From: Felis catus
Taxonomy: Eukaryota
DNA length: 64,000 bases
Assembly (NCBI RefSeq): GCF_018350175.1
Contig: NC_058382.1
Location: 60,514,001-60,578,000, forward strand
Direction of reading: 5' to 3'
This document shows, in pieces, positions 50,040 through 62,200 of this stretch. A program made the translations under genes and the position numbers. Every line of letters begins with the position of its first letter. The first letter of the stretch is position 1. Below the pieces are notes generated by a model. The model saw nothing but the letters and a program-made list of their open reading frames with translations. It had not been told where the DNA came from and did no database searches.

Positions 50040-50980
50040 TGGACCATTTGTTTCTTCGTGAGAAAGGCAGGCCTGCAGTGTCGTGTTGTCTCAGGGTGTG
50101 TCTTTCTTGGCTGGGATTGCACATCTCTGCCTGCCTGTGCATTTGGGGACCGGTTGTCGAGCTCCATGTGGAAGCCCACCGGTGTTTTTACTGGGATTGC
50201 CCTCCATTTGCAAATTGATGGAGAGAGCTGACTTCCGGGCAGCGTCCAGTCCTGGCTGAAGACCAGAAACACGGTCTCGTGTGTTCACATGTCCTCCTTG
50301 TCTTTGAGGAGCACGTTAAAGCTCTTCTCAGATAGGTTCTGCTCAGTTCTGGTTAAACGCACTTTGTTCCTCGGTGTTTCTTCTTTCTTGGCTGCTGTAA
50401 AAGAGGGTTTCTCTGCTCCTTGTCCGGAGTGGTCATCTGTGCGCGTGGAGGCATCGGTCTCGTGCTTCCCTGGGCCCTCTGGCTGCCTGGGTCAGCTTTA
50501 CCGTGCCTCAGGCTCCAAGTCGGGTGCCATTTCATTTGCGGGTGTGGGTCCTTTTCCTCCTCGCCCAGCTTCCGCAGCTTCATTCGTCCGATGGCAGCGG
50601 CCAGCCTCTGCCGCGCCAGTGGATGGCCATGGAGGCCGTGGCCACCTTGCCTTTGCCCGGTCTTACGGAAATGCCCCTGTTCCCATTAGTGAGAGGTTGG
50701 CTTGAGTTCCAACGTATGTGTGTGAGTTAAGTCTCGTTAGGAAGTGTTGTCTCCAGCTCCCTGCGGTGCTTGTCATCGTAGGTGCGATCCTCTGTGGTTC
50801 TTCTCTTCGGGTCTGCCGTTATGTGTGGTATGTTCACGAATTTCCTCCTTGTGACTCATCCTCAGATTCCTGGAATAAATCCCACTGAGTCATAGCGTAT
50901 TTTATTTTCTTAATGTGGTGTCGGATTCTGTTTGCTAACGTTTTGTGTAATATTTTTGCCTTAATATTCGTAAGTGATAA
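50040..50980 (-). mobile_element. Highly diverged LINE-1 ORF2 remnant
   Basis: L1 antisense-like text (ttcctggaataaatcccactgagtcat..gattctgtttgctaa..atttttgc); -strand fragment LPGSQLSPSICKWRAIPVKTP resembles L1 ORF2. Confidence 0.6.
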
Positions 50981-51009
50981 GATTTGCCTCTTACTTGCTC
51001 ATTTTTCAG

Positions 51010-51127
51010 ACTGGAGCCTTACGCAGATCCGTACTACGACTATGAAATCGAGCGCTTCTGGCGTGGCGGGCAGTACGAGAACTTCCGGGTGCAGTACACG
51101 GAGACGGAGCCGTACCACAATTACCGG
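51010..51127 (+). CDS. ZC3H18: ZC3H18 exon 7 (118 nt): LEPYADPYYDYEIERFWRGGQYENFRVQYTETEPYHNYR
   Basis: atttttcAG| acceptor, |GTGAGT donor, phase 2 to 0. Confidence 0.96.
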
Positions 51128-52018
51128 GTGAGTGTGACGGTCGTGCACGTCTCCCCGCGCTGGTCCATTTCTTAAGATTACCCCCTTTTTCATCTATGGG
51201 ACTTCATATGGTTTTAGTAGCACGGGCAGAGCGTACCAATTTCAAGTCCAGACTGACTGTTCGTGGAGAAACAGTTCGGATCCACAGGTTAAATTGGTGG
51301 TGGTTTCCTTTAGTTGGTCTGTGCCCTTGCTCTGGGTTTGTTAAAAACTAGGTTTGCCGACTGGATTATCGATACAGCTCTGCATGGGACTGTGTTCTGC
51401 CCTCCTGAGTGTGTTGTTACTCCCTCGGGTTCCCTAGCGGTACCATTTATAACTATGCTGTCCTCACCCATGTCCTCACCCACTTTAGTGACCCCCCCCC
51501 CCCGCCCCCAGCTGTGCCTTGCTGGCCTGGAGGGTGGGCCCGGGCTGTGGGGGTACAGGTGCAGCCTGCCAGGCAGGGTCTCCCTGAAGGTAGAAGTGAC
51601 TTGTCGGAGCCGCTTTCCACCGCCTCTGTCCCCCACCACGTCCGAGGCTGCGGCCAGTGGCAGGGCAGGGGCGCACCTCATTACCTCACAGGCCACTTGA
51701 AACCCGAAACCCGTGTCCGTGCTGTGTGATTTGGGCTTTGTCCCGTTTTAACTTTGAACATTAGAGCAGACGGATGGAGGAGACCTGAGCGATAGTTCCG
51801 GAAGGCGCTCGAGGCCTTTGCCTCGGAAAGCAGGGGCACGTGCCCCGCGCTGTCCCCGCCCCTGGAAGGGGGTGGGGGCGGCCCCGGCGACCGGCGGACA
51901 GGGTAGCGGTGCCCGGAGGACGACCTGAGGAACAGAGCCGGCGCGGGAGGTGGCCCCCGCGGCCTCCCCGCCGCCCGCGTTCTGCCGGCCACCGCCCAGC
52001 GCGTGTCTCTGGCTTCAG

Positions 52019-52287
52019 GACCGCGAGCGCGAGCGCGAGCGCGAGAACCGGCAGCGGGAGCGCGAGCGGGAGCGCGAGCGGGACCGCGAGCGGGAGCGCC
52101 GGCAGCGGGAGCGCGAGCGCGAGCGGGAGCGGGAGCGCGACAAGGAGCGGCAGCGGAGGAAGGAGGAGTGGGAGAGAGAGCGAGCCAAGCGCGACGAGAA
52201 GGACCGCCAGCACCGAGACCGCGAGCGCGAGAAGGAGCGCGAGAAGGAGAAGGAGAAGCCGAAGCCCCGCTCCCCGCAGCCGCCCAG
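52019..52287 (+). CDS. ZC3H18: ZC3H18 exon 8 (269 nt): RE/RD-rich mixed-charge region DRERERERENRQRE...EKEKPKPRSPQPP; gene continues beyond the window
   Basis: ggcttcAG| acceptor, CAG|GTAGGT donor, phase 0 to 2; no further recognisable ZC3H18 exon before 64000. Confidence 0.95.
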
Positions 52288-52839
52288 GTAGGTCGTGGGC
52301 CCCCGGGCTCTGGGAGGCCCGGCCCCCCGGTGGGGTCCCCGCAGAGGAGGGGGCGCGCCCGCCGGCCACCGCCCCGGAATCCTCGCCGGAGAAAGGTCGG
52401 TGTGTCGGGATGAGTGGGTGCCGGCCGTCCCGGAACGTGCGTGTCCCGGTGGGACCGCACCCCAGCGCACCCCGTCGCCACCCTGTGTTGGGAAGGCTCT
52501 GAATTCCCGGTCGCGCCGCTTTGGCGCGGCGCCAGGGAGGTCGCTCCGGCGGCCGGAGCGCCGGACCTCGAGCCCCCCCCCCGCCGTGGAGGGCCGGCCT
52601 CCCCCTCACTCGTCCTCCGTCTTCCGGGTGGTGGCTGCGGTTTTGTGCCGGTAGCGGGAGCTGCCGGGGTGGTGGCCGGGCGGGCAGTGAGGACGTGCCC
52701 TCCCGGTTCAGGGTCCGCGCATGCGTCTTTGAGGACCAGGGCAGACACGTGGTCCCCAGGAGAAGATCCCGCAGCTGGAGGGGGCTTTGTCTGTGTCCGT
52801 GTTGACAGCCTAACGGGAGGGAATCCACACACCCCGCAG

Positions 52840-55800
52840 TGCCTCTGCTTAAAGTGTACAGAATATTGTAAGCTTGCAGAATATTCAGAACGGTGGCCCC
52901 GCCACAACTTTAAGGCCCTTTTGTGCCCCAAAAAGAAACCTCATGCCCATCAGCAGTCACCCCTCGTTATCCCCAGACGCCCCCCGGCTCCTGGCAGACA
53001 CGGGTGTGCTTATTCTGGACATAGAGCGTGCGGTCTTTTGACTGGCTCCTTCCGCCCAGCGTGATCTCTGAAGCGCATCCGCAGGGTGGTCGTGTCAGTG
53101 CCTCTGCGGCTGAAGACGATGCCGTCGTGGGGAACACGGACAACATTGCGTTTACCCGTCCTGTCCTGTCAGTGCACCTTTCGGTCGTTTCTCCCTTTGG
53201 CTGTCACGAACACGAGCATCGTGTCCAAGCGTTTTTGCAGAAGTGGTTTTCATTTCCCTCGAGTATACGCCTCGGAGTGCAATTGCTGGGTCACATGATA
53301 GCTGTGTTCAGCCTTCTGGGGAGTTTCTGGAATCTTCCAAAGTGGCTGCACCATGGTACATTCCCATCGGAAATGTGTGAGGGTTCTACTTTTCTCCACA
53401 TTATCTGCTTTTGCCCTTTTTTTTTTTTTTTTTTTATCGTAGCCATCCACTGGGTGTGAAACGGTAGCTCGTCGCAGGTTGGTTTAGGTCTTCTGGTAAC
53501 TAACGACCTGTTTAGTCATTGAAAGCCATTTCAGTCACGAAAACGCTGGGCCTCTTTTCATGTGCTTCTTGGTATATGCTCTTGGGAGAAACGTCTATCC
53601 AGATCTTTTGCCCATCTTTTAATTAGGCCGTCTTATTGAGTTGTAGGAGTTCCTCACGTTCTAGGTACAGACCCCTTGTCAGACACCTGACTTGCACGTG
53701 TGCTCCCCTGTTCTGCGGTTGGTGGTTTTGCTTTCTTGATGACATCAGCCTTTTTCTTAATTTATTTTATTTTGCTTTATTTTATTTTTTTAGCGGGAGC
53801 CTTTTATTTTATATTTTTTCCAGTTTTATCGAACTATAGTTGACATGTAACATTGTATACGCTTAAAGTATACAATGTGATGACCGGATACATGCACGTG
53901 TTGCAGAATTGTTGCCACAATGAAGCTGGTTAACAGCAATATTGTTTCACATAATTCCCTCGCGTGTGTGGTGAGAACATCCCAGAACTGTCTCGGCATC
54001 TCCGGTACACGGGTACACGATACGGTATTTCAACCGCAGGCCCACCGCGGTACCCTAGATCCCCAGCACCGACTCGTCTCACGACTGGAAATTTGTACCA
54101 CGTGACCAACATCTTGCCATTTCCTCCACGCCCTTCTCCTGTCTGTTTCTAGATGTTTGGCTGTTTTCGATTCTCCGTGTAAGTTAGGAATATACAGTAA
54201 GAAGTCTTTTTTTGCCTGACTTCATCGAGCGTAATTTCTCAGGGTCCGTCCACGTTCTCACAAATGGCAGGATGTCCCTCTCTCTCGCGGCTGAATAACC
54301 GGCCATGGCATGGCTCCACCACACCTTCTTCATCCGTCAGTGGACGCTCAGCTGGTTTCCGTGTCCTCCCTTCGAGAAGGAAGCTGCGGTGAACACGGGA
54401 GTGTGGACGTCTCTTCTGTTTGCGTTTCGTTCGGATGTTTACCCAGAAGTGGTTGCTGGATCGTGTGGTAGTTCTATGTTCAATTTTTTGAGGACCCTCC
54501 ATACTGTTTTCCACAGCGGCTACACCCGTTTGCATTCCCACCGACAGTGCACGAGGGGTCCCTTTCCCCACCCTCACTGACACCTGTTACCAGCTGTGCT
54601 TTAGACGACAGCCTTTTAAGAGGTGGGACGTGATATCTCATTTTGGGTTTGATTTGCCGTTGCCTGGTGATGAGTGATGTTGAGCGCCTTCTCACGTTCC
54701 TGTTGGCCATCTGGATGTCTTCTTTTGGAGAATGTCTAGTCAGGCAGTTGCCCATTTTTAAATTGGATTCTTTGGTTTTTGCTATTGAGTTGTAGGAGTT
54801 CTTTACATATTTTGGATATTAATCCCTCACCTGATAAATGGTTTGCAAATATTTTTTTCGCGCTCTTGTAGGCTGTCCTTTCACTTTGTTGATGGTTTAC
54901 TTTGCTTTGTGGAAGTTTTTTAGCCGGTGTGGTCCCACTGTTTATATTTGGTCTTGTTGCCCGTGGTGGGGGTGAGACTCGCATCGAGGAGCTTTATTGT
55001 CGTGTTTCCAACTGGGAGCTTCTGGATTTCGTGTCTTTAATCCATTTGGAATTATTTTTGTGTGTTCTTACCTCCTTTGTTGTAATTGACCATATATGCA
55101 TGGATTGACTTCTGGGCTCTCCATTCTGTCCCATTGATTTGCGTCTGGTGTTTGTTTGTTTGTCTGCCTTAAGTGGTCTCTGTGCCCATCGTGGGGCTTG
55201 AACTCACGACCCCGATTGCACACTCCACCGTCTGAGCCAGCCAGGGGCCCTGATATGTGTCTGTTGTTATGCTAATACCATACAGTTTTGGGTACTAAAG
55301 CTTTGTGATACAGTTTGAAATCAGGAAGCGAGATTCTTGATCCAGCTTTGTTCTTGTTCAAGATTGCTTTGGCTATTTGGGGTCTTTTGTGGTTCCATAC
55401 AATTGTTTTTTCTATTTCTGGTGAACAATGCCCTTGGAGTTTTGATAGGGATTCCAGTCTGTACTTGGCTTTGGGTCGTGTGGACATTTCTTCTGCATCA
55501 GCTCTCGCGATCCGTGAACGCGGAATAGATTTCCGTTAATTGTGGAGTCTTCGATTTCTTTCATTGGTTTCATACAATTGTCAGGATACAGTGCTTTCAT
55601 CTCCTTGGCTACATTTATTCCTAAGTATTTTATTTTTGATGCAGTTGTAAATGGGATTATTTCCTTTGTTGTTGTTGTTGTTGTTGTTGTTCACGTTGTT
55701 ACTGTATAAAAATGCAACAGATTTTTGTATGTTGAATTTGTGTCCTTTGTACCGAATTCATTTACTGGTGACAGTTCCTTGGTGGGGGAAGCTGAGCTCT

Positions 55801-56200
55801 TCTCGTAGATCTCGTCCCCTGTGTCAGCACAGCTGTGTTTCTGACAACGAGCATCAGGACCGTAGTCTTTGGTTTCACGGTCAACTCTGGCCGCAGCAGG
55901 ACAGTCCGTGTGAGCACCAGCCTTGACTGTTCCCATCCTCCAGATGGCGATGAGTTGCCCTCACTAAATTTGCTGTATTTTTTCATACTTTCCTAACATT
56001 GGGCAAAGCGATGTTTCGACAGAACGTTCAGAGTGAATCACACACCCTAGATGCAGAAACAGTTCATTCTCTGGAAGACCGCTTTGACGGATCTTTATGT
56101 TGCCGAAACCGCCGTTTACCTCACCGTGAAATTCATCACTTCGTTTGAAGTGCAAAGCTTGATTTTGATCTTCCTGCCCTCGGTCCCTGGAAACCCCTCT
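52840..56200 (-). mobile_element. Composite LINE-1 fragments (3'UTRs and ORF2 remnants) with a short SINE (~55150-55250) and (TTG)n at ~55667-55691
   Basis: -strand fragments [46 protein letters not shown] and IFANHLSGEGLISKICKEL are L1 ORF2 motifs. Confidence 0.9.
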
Positions 56201-59200
56201 GCCCCCACCACCGCTGTACTCTTCGTCCAGCCTGGGCCCTGGCCACCCTCCGCCCCTGCTGGGCCCCCGGCGTCTCTGGGACTCTGCTCCGACATGGCTG
56301 CTCAGAGGGGCCTCCCCACCCACCCCTGTCTTCGCTCCCTGCTTGGTAGATCCTCACGGCTGTCGTCGCTCCCCGATGTCACATTGTTCTGTTCACATGT
56401 CTGTTAGCCTGTGCTGCCTTCTAAAGTGGGATCCCCAGGGGGGCACCGTGGCAGCAGGTCCCGTCTCAGAGCCCGGCACGGAGCTGGAGCCCACAGACCC
56501 TCGATGGTGCTGTGGAGTTGTTCTGGATTCGGTAGCAGCCTGCATTTTGCCCCGTCTGCCGCCGTGAGTGTTGTAAGGTGGACAGAATCGTAGGCTGAGT
56601 TCTGCAGAGAGGACTAATTCAGTCTGCTTTCCAGATTCATGAAATGGCTGTTTTCGTGCACATCCACATCCCTGGTCTTAGAAGGAGAAACACAAGAAAG
56701 ATGGACAGGTGATGTGATGTCTAGGATGTGTGGACTCCCAGATCACATCAGCAGGTCCGTTCTCGTGGTTTGCTGGTTTATGAGCGAATTCACTCCTGTT
56801 TACTCTGACGACCAACCGCCTCCCTCCACTCCCTCCACTGACACGTCCTGCTCGTCTCCGGGAAGCCAGGTAGCTCTTCCAAGTTGGAGGTCTGTTCTTC
56901 CGGCACAGGGACCCCTTTATACCTGAGAGCATCCTTTTAGAGAGAGTCCGTTGGAGAGCAGCTGCACCGGCGGCTGTGTCTGTCTGTGCTTGTGACTGAC
57001 TCCTGGGACAGACGCCTGCCTGCCACTCATTCCCGGTCCCGGTGCTGCCCGACCCCTGCAGAGGAGGTGCCCACGCGAGCCCAGCGAGACTGCGCTAACG
57101 GCAGTGGCGTGAGTCGGCATGGCCCCCGGGCACCAGACGCCTGTGCAGAACAGCCTCACACACAGCCTCCGTTTGCACAACCCAGGATCTTCAGGTGAGG
57201 GCCGGGGTCAGTGAGAACACGGCTGAGCCCGCAGGGCAGGTTCAGGAGGCTTGACTGAGTGGCTTCTTCCTAAAAGGAGGTGCGGCTTCCTCACCAGACC
57301 AGGCAGGCGTGCCCTCTACTTGTTTCTGCCTGGTTTGCTCCCTTCTGTTGGGCTCACGTTCCCCCCCCCCCCCTTTTCTTGCCTGGACTCTCACTTTCGC
57401 TCCTGCAGACCGTCCCCCACAGGACTTCTGCTGACGGCAGGGACACGTGCACCCTGTCCCTTGGTCAGGATTCAGCCTGTCTCACTGGTGCCGGGGAGTC
57501 TTGCACCCCATCTTTGATCACTCTGGCTGGAACCCTGCTGGCCCTGTGACCAGCCCGAAGGGCTAGGGTTTCACCAGAGCAGAATTTCCAACCCGGCCCT
57601 CCTATTTCCTTTTCCTGTGACCAGCCAGAGCCGGTGTGACTGCTTCTTCGGGAGGAAGCTGAATTTCCCTGCGGTCGTATGTTTGTGCGATCTCCCTGTC
57701 GTCGAAGAGTTTGTTTACTTAGCCCAGGATAGCTTGGGGATTTTACAGCAGCAGCTGGACAGAAAGGGTTCTCCTCGCCTGAAATAGGAGACAGACACGG
57801 TCACGTTCAGAGAGTCCGGTGGGAAGCTCTCGTCTGCGCAACCAGGGGGGCCGTGTGCCGGAGCGGATGCTGCACCGCCCCGGTCCTCGCAGAGCCCGGT
57901 GGACGTGACGGGAGTAGGCGATGAACTCAGTGCGGTGGTGGCTCTCCCGTCTTGTCTGCAGCCGGCACGGGCGCTTTAAACCCAGAGCCCCCGTTACCCA
58001 GCAGAGGGCACGGGCACGCAGCACGGCGGAGCGAGCTGTGGGTGAGGGCTGGCAGTGGCGCTCTGGGCTCCCGGTTTCTGCCCCCCGCCCGTCCCGAGCT
58101 GGTCTGCTCTGACACGGCACCTGGTGAGCTGTCAGGGTTTCTTGCCAGCTTTACTCTGGGCCTCGTAGGCCAGACGCGGTGTCGCCGTGTGCGCGGATGT
58201 GTCCCTCTCCATTTAGCTTGGCCTTCTGTAACTGTGCCTTTTGGGGTCCCTGGCCGCTCCTGCATCTGGGCTATTTGTAGACTAGACTGGAACCTCATAA
58301 ACAGTCGTATGGGACGCCTCTATGTAAATAGAGGGAAACCCCTTTTGTGAAACCTTCTAATCTTTACAGTCGAGCCAGTGGGTGTGCTCTGGGCGGGGCT
58401 GAGGCGGGTCATGAGGATGTGCTTTGGCACAGGCAGATTCAGGCCATCCCAGATAAAAATAGCAGCTGACATCTTCCTGGAGGGATTGCCCAGACTGCCT
58501 GTTACCGCGAGAGCTGCGCACGGTTGAGGTGTGGTGCCCCTTGGGGTGACACGGCAGACTCCTCATTTCCTGGGAGGGAACCTCTGCCCGCCTCTCCACG
58601 TCACCCGAAGCCCATGCTCTCCTCAGGGGGGTCCTTGGCGTCTCGGGGTACGAGAGGCCTGTGCAAGGCCCATCAGTGTCCGGTCAGAGGCACATCGGGG
58701 GGTCCGTGAGCCCCCCACAGAGGCCTGCTCTGGACTCGCACCGGCCCGGAGCAGCTGGCTTGCGGCTGGGCCCCCGCCCTGCGTGTGTCTGAGCAGCTCA
58801 GGCTGCCCTTTATTCGCAAAAACCACACGTTGGGTTTCCCTTTGCTTTTGGTGACGCTCCGCTCCCGCCCGGCCAGCGCCCGTGCCCATCTGCCCGGCCT
58901 CCCGCCGCCCGGCCTCGGCCGCTGCGGTGTCTCCCCACCTTCCACGGCCTCCGTGGCACACTCTGTCGGGTTCGTGAATTTGAACGTGACAGGTCGTGGC
59001 CTGAGTGCCGACGACCACACCCGGACGACCTGGCCTCCCGCTCCGCTCCCAGCCGTGTGACGCTTCGTGCTCCGCGACCAGCCCGGCGTCGCAGATTCCT
59101 CCGAGCTGCTTCCCCGGCACTTAGGCTCAGCTCCGAAACCGTCCCCGGTGTTGTCTCCGGGCAAGGCACTTCCCTGGGGGTTTCCTAACCCTCATGTCCC

Positions 59201-62200
59201 CGTTCTGATCTCGTCTGGCGTATCTTTGAGGAAAAACGTGTCCTGGTTTTTAGCTTCTTGACTACCTACCCCCCTGAGTCATCCAGAACTTGCCCAGCTA
59301 TTTGCTGAGTACGAAAAGGCAAATGATGGCCGTATGTCATGCTCTCAGGTGTGTGTGGATGTCTGGCGTGGGTGGGAGTTGGGGAGGTACGGATGGACAC
59401 GGGTACGGCCGTGACACGGGAGAGGCGCTGGGGAGCCTCCTCGGGCATCGCTGTGTGCCCGCTTTGTCCTCTGCTCCCCCAGAAGTTCATGTTGGGGCAC
59501 ACAGGGCTTGTGTGTCCCTGGGTTTACTTGTCCCTGATTAGGTTCGAGTGTGTTTTCAGAGGTGCAGGGTGAACGTGACATCACCGTAGGCCCTTCCGTC
59601 TCTCCTCCCCTGGAAGACTGGGAGTGCAGCGGCCTGTGCTGCAGCATCCGGCAGGTCCTGTGCGGGCACCGAGTTGGGGACATGGGCGGGGCGGGGCGTG
59701 GGGGGGGGAGCAGGCTCCCTTGCAGGCGGGCGTTCCAGAGGGAGGGAGCCCCTGGCCGGGCCAGCGCCCTCCCAGAAGCACATGGACCGCCGTGGGTGGC
59801 TTCTGCCCGGTGTTGAGGAGGGTGATCGCGGTGCAGGCTTCCACAAAAGGCCCCACAGAGGCTCCGGGAGCACAGGCGTGCTGAGCATCTCCCACGGAAG
59901 GTACCGTGACCTTCCCAGACAGGACTGTGAACAAGTTAGGTGACTTGCGGTTCCCTTTTCCCGGATCCTTATTGGAGACTTAGCCCTTTGATTTTAGAAG
60001 AACTCCTTTCTGCTTTTACCTTGTTCCGCTTTGGAGCCCACGCCTGGCAGCCGTTCAGCTCGGAGTTTCCAGACACCGTTCCGTCACCCACTTACGTCAC
60101 CGCCACCTCACACCCCTGTGGCCCGTGTGAGACATGAGGCGTGTCAGGAGTCGACCCGGGCCCGTGTCGTGTTGTGTTCTGACGTGGGCATTTGGCAGTC
60201 CTGGTACGGCTGACCTTTGCTCCTTGGAGTGTCTCCCGAGGCCTTGAACAAAGGCTCTGTACCCGGAAGATAAGCTTGTGTTGTAGCTGTGCTGGGAAGG
60301 CCACTTCCTCGGCGGAGGGACAGGAGCCTGGCTTCCCCTCTCCCTTGGGAAGGCTTTATGCAAATTCCACGCGCGTTCCTGACTTGGGCCTGGCCTCCCC
60401 AGTCACCTGCTGACTTTGCTGTTCCTGTTCCTGGGCTGAGTCGCCGCGGGGGGGCGGGGGGGGGCAGTTCCGCTGCTTTCTGTCTCCACGAGGTCCTTTG
60501 TCACTTGGCGACTTTGCTTGGTTTTCCAGGCCACGCGCGCTTTCTCTTCCGGGGTGTCGGCACTCTCTGAAAGGGGCTTCATCCTCAGGGGCCTGGCCTC
60601 TCTCTGAGAGCACAGGAGCCGCCATGGGGCCCCGTGTCAGGGGCGCTGCTGCCCAGGGTTTCAGAGCCGGCCGCCCGGGCTCTGCCCCCTCACTGACCGG
60701 GTTGTGTTGGACTCCTCTGCCCGCCCTGTGCTGCCCACCGCAGCCCAGAGCTCGGGGCCCCTTCCTCCTCTGAGGCCCCATGAGAGGTGAGAGCAGGGCA
60801 CTGATAAAGACCCCGAGAGTGTGTGCAGGTCAGTACAGCAGACCGCTCCCTCTGCGGGAATGGAAAAATCTTTAGTACTTGGGGTTTTTCTGTAACAAAT
60901 GTGAAACGTTATGGTGTAGGAACGTTTGGAAAACCTTACAAAGAATAGAGGAAACGGTGAAGAAGGAAAGACAGTGGATCAGGTGGCTGCTGTCACCCGT
61001 AGCCACACGTGCCCACCCGCTTGGGAGTCTGGGGATGCCTCGTCTGCCCTCTGCCGGCCGTCCCCAGCGTCCTGTGCACATTTCCCAGTGGGACTTCCTG
61101 TGAGCTCTTTATTGGGTGTTGCTTCGGTCATTTTCCCAGAAACACTTGCCATCAAAACTGATGGTTCCAGGTTTGTGTCGAGGCCTGAGACAGTTTCTTC
61201 CCGGTCTGGGTCCCCAAGTCTGCGGCCCCTCTCAGCAGTGTCTGACGTGGGGGGTCTGCAGAAGGGACCCCTGGCTCAACGTGCTCCCCAAACTGCTCCA
61301 TTCTTGCGCCACCTGCGCGGCTTTCTGTGTCCAGGTCCCACATGCGCTGCTTACGTTTTTTGACGTTTTCACTTTTTAAGCTTGAATACATTTCAAAAGG
61401 AAACTTTACATCATTTCCGTAAAGCAGGCCAGATCATTTGTCCTAGTGAGTCACTATAGAAATAAATCAGAAGTAAAAATGGTTGTTTGTGTGCTAATTA
61501 ATTAAAACCAAGACCCCCATTTGCCACAGTTTGGGGATCCCTGGTTTCATGGGGTCACTACCAGGCATCCAGCCCTTCAGAAGCAAGGCCCCCACAGCGC
61601 CCCCAGGCCCCGTTCCGGCACTGTTGAAGGAGCAGCTCATTGTGAAGCCCATAGTGTCACCCCAGTGTGAGCAAAAGGGTGTCCCTGGCAAGAAACACTG
61701 ACTCTAAAAGAGGACGGGAGCCTGCTTTGGCCTCCGCTCGGTGACCTCAGTGCTGTGATGGGGACAGATCGGTGTTCTGTCCTTTCTCTGCTCACTGCAA
61801 CAGTGGCCCTCGGTGCAGTCAGGGCAGCGTCACAGGCCTGTCCCTTTTTCGGCCGCTTTGCTGCCCCTGGTAGACGGGCCGCAAACCGGCCAAGCTGGGC
61901 CGTTCGATGACTCATGGAAACCCGGTGACCAAGGTGTTCTGTTTCCTGTTGCATTTTTAGAATGAGAGCAGCACAGGACGTGGAAAGGTGATGGCAGCCT
62001 GGGACAGCTGGGACAGCTGGGACAGGCTGGAATCGACAGGTTTTTACTTCCTCCCGGGATTACTTCCCTTGGAGGACACGCTTCCGAGCTTATGTGGCAT
62101 TGTCTCTCGGGGTTTGGGGCCGACAAAACGGGGATCTTATGCTTCAATTTAGTGTGTCCCTAGGGCAGTTTTAAATGTTGGTTTTCGCTTCTGCTGCGGG

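Noticed and set aside
52015..52470. Antisense RS-domain (SR protein-like) ORF
   Set aside because: Reverse complement of the RE-repeat exon 8; no independent exon structure or RRM
61444..61459. tagtgagtcactatag, reminiscent of a T7 promoter or vector sequence
   Set aside because: Only a partial match, the flanks are not vector-like, and it is equally explained as an AP-1 (TGAGTCA) near-palindrome
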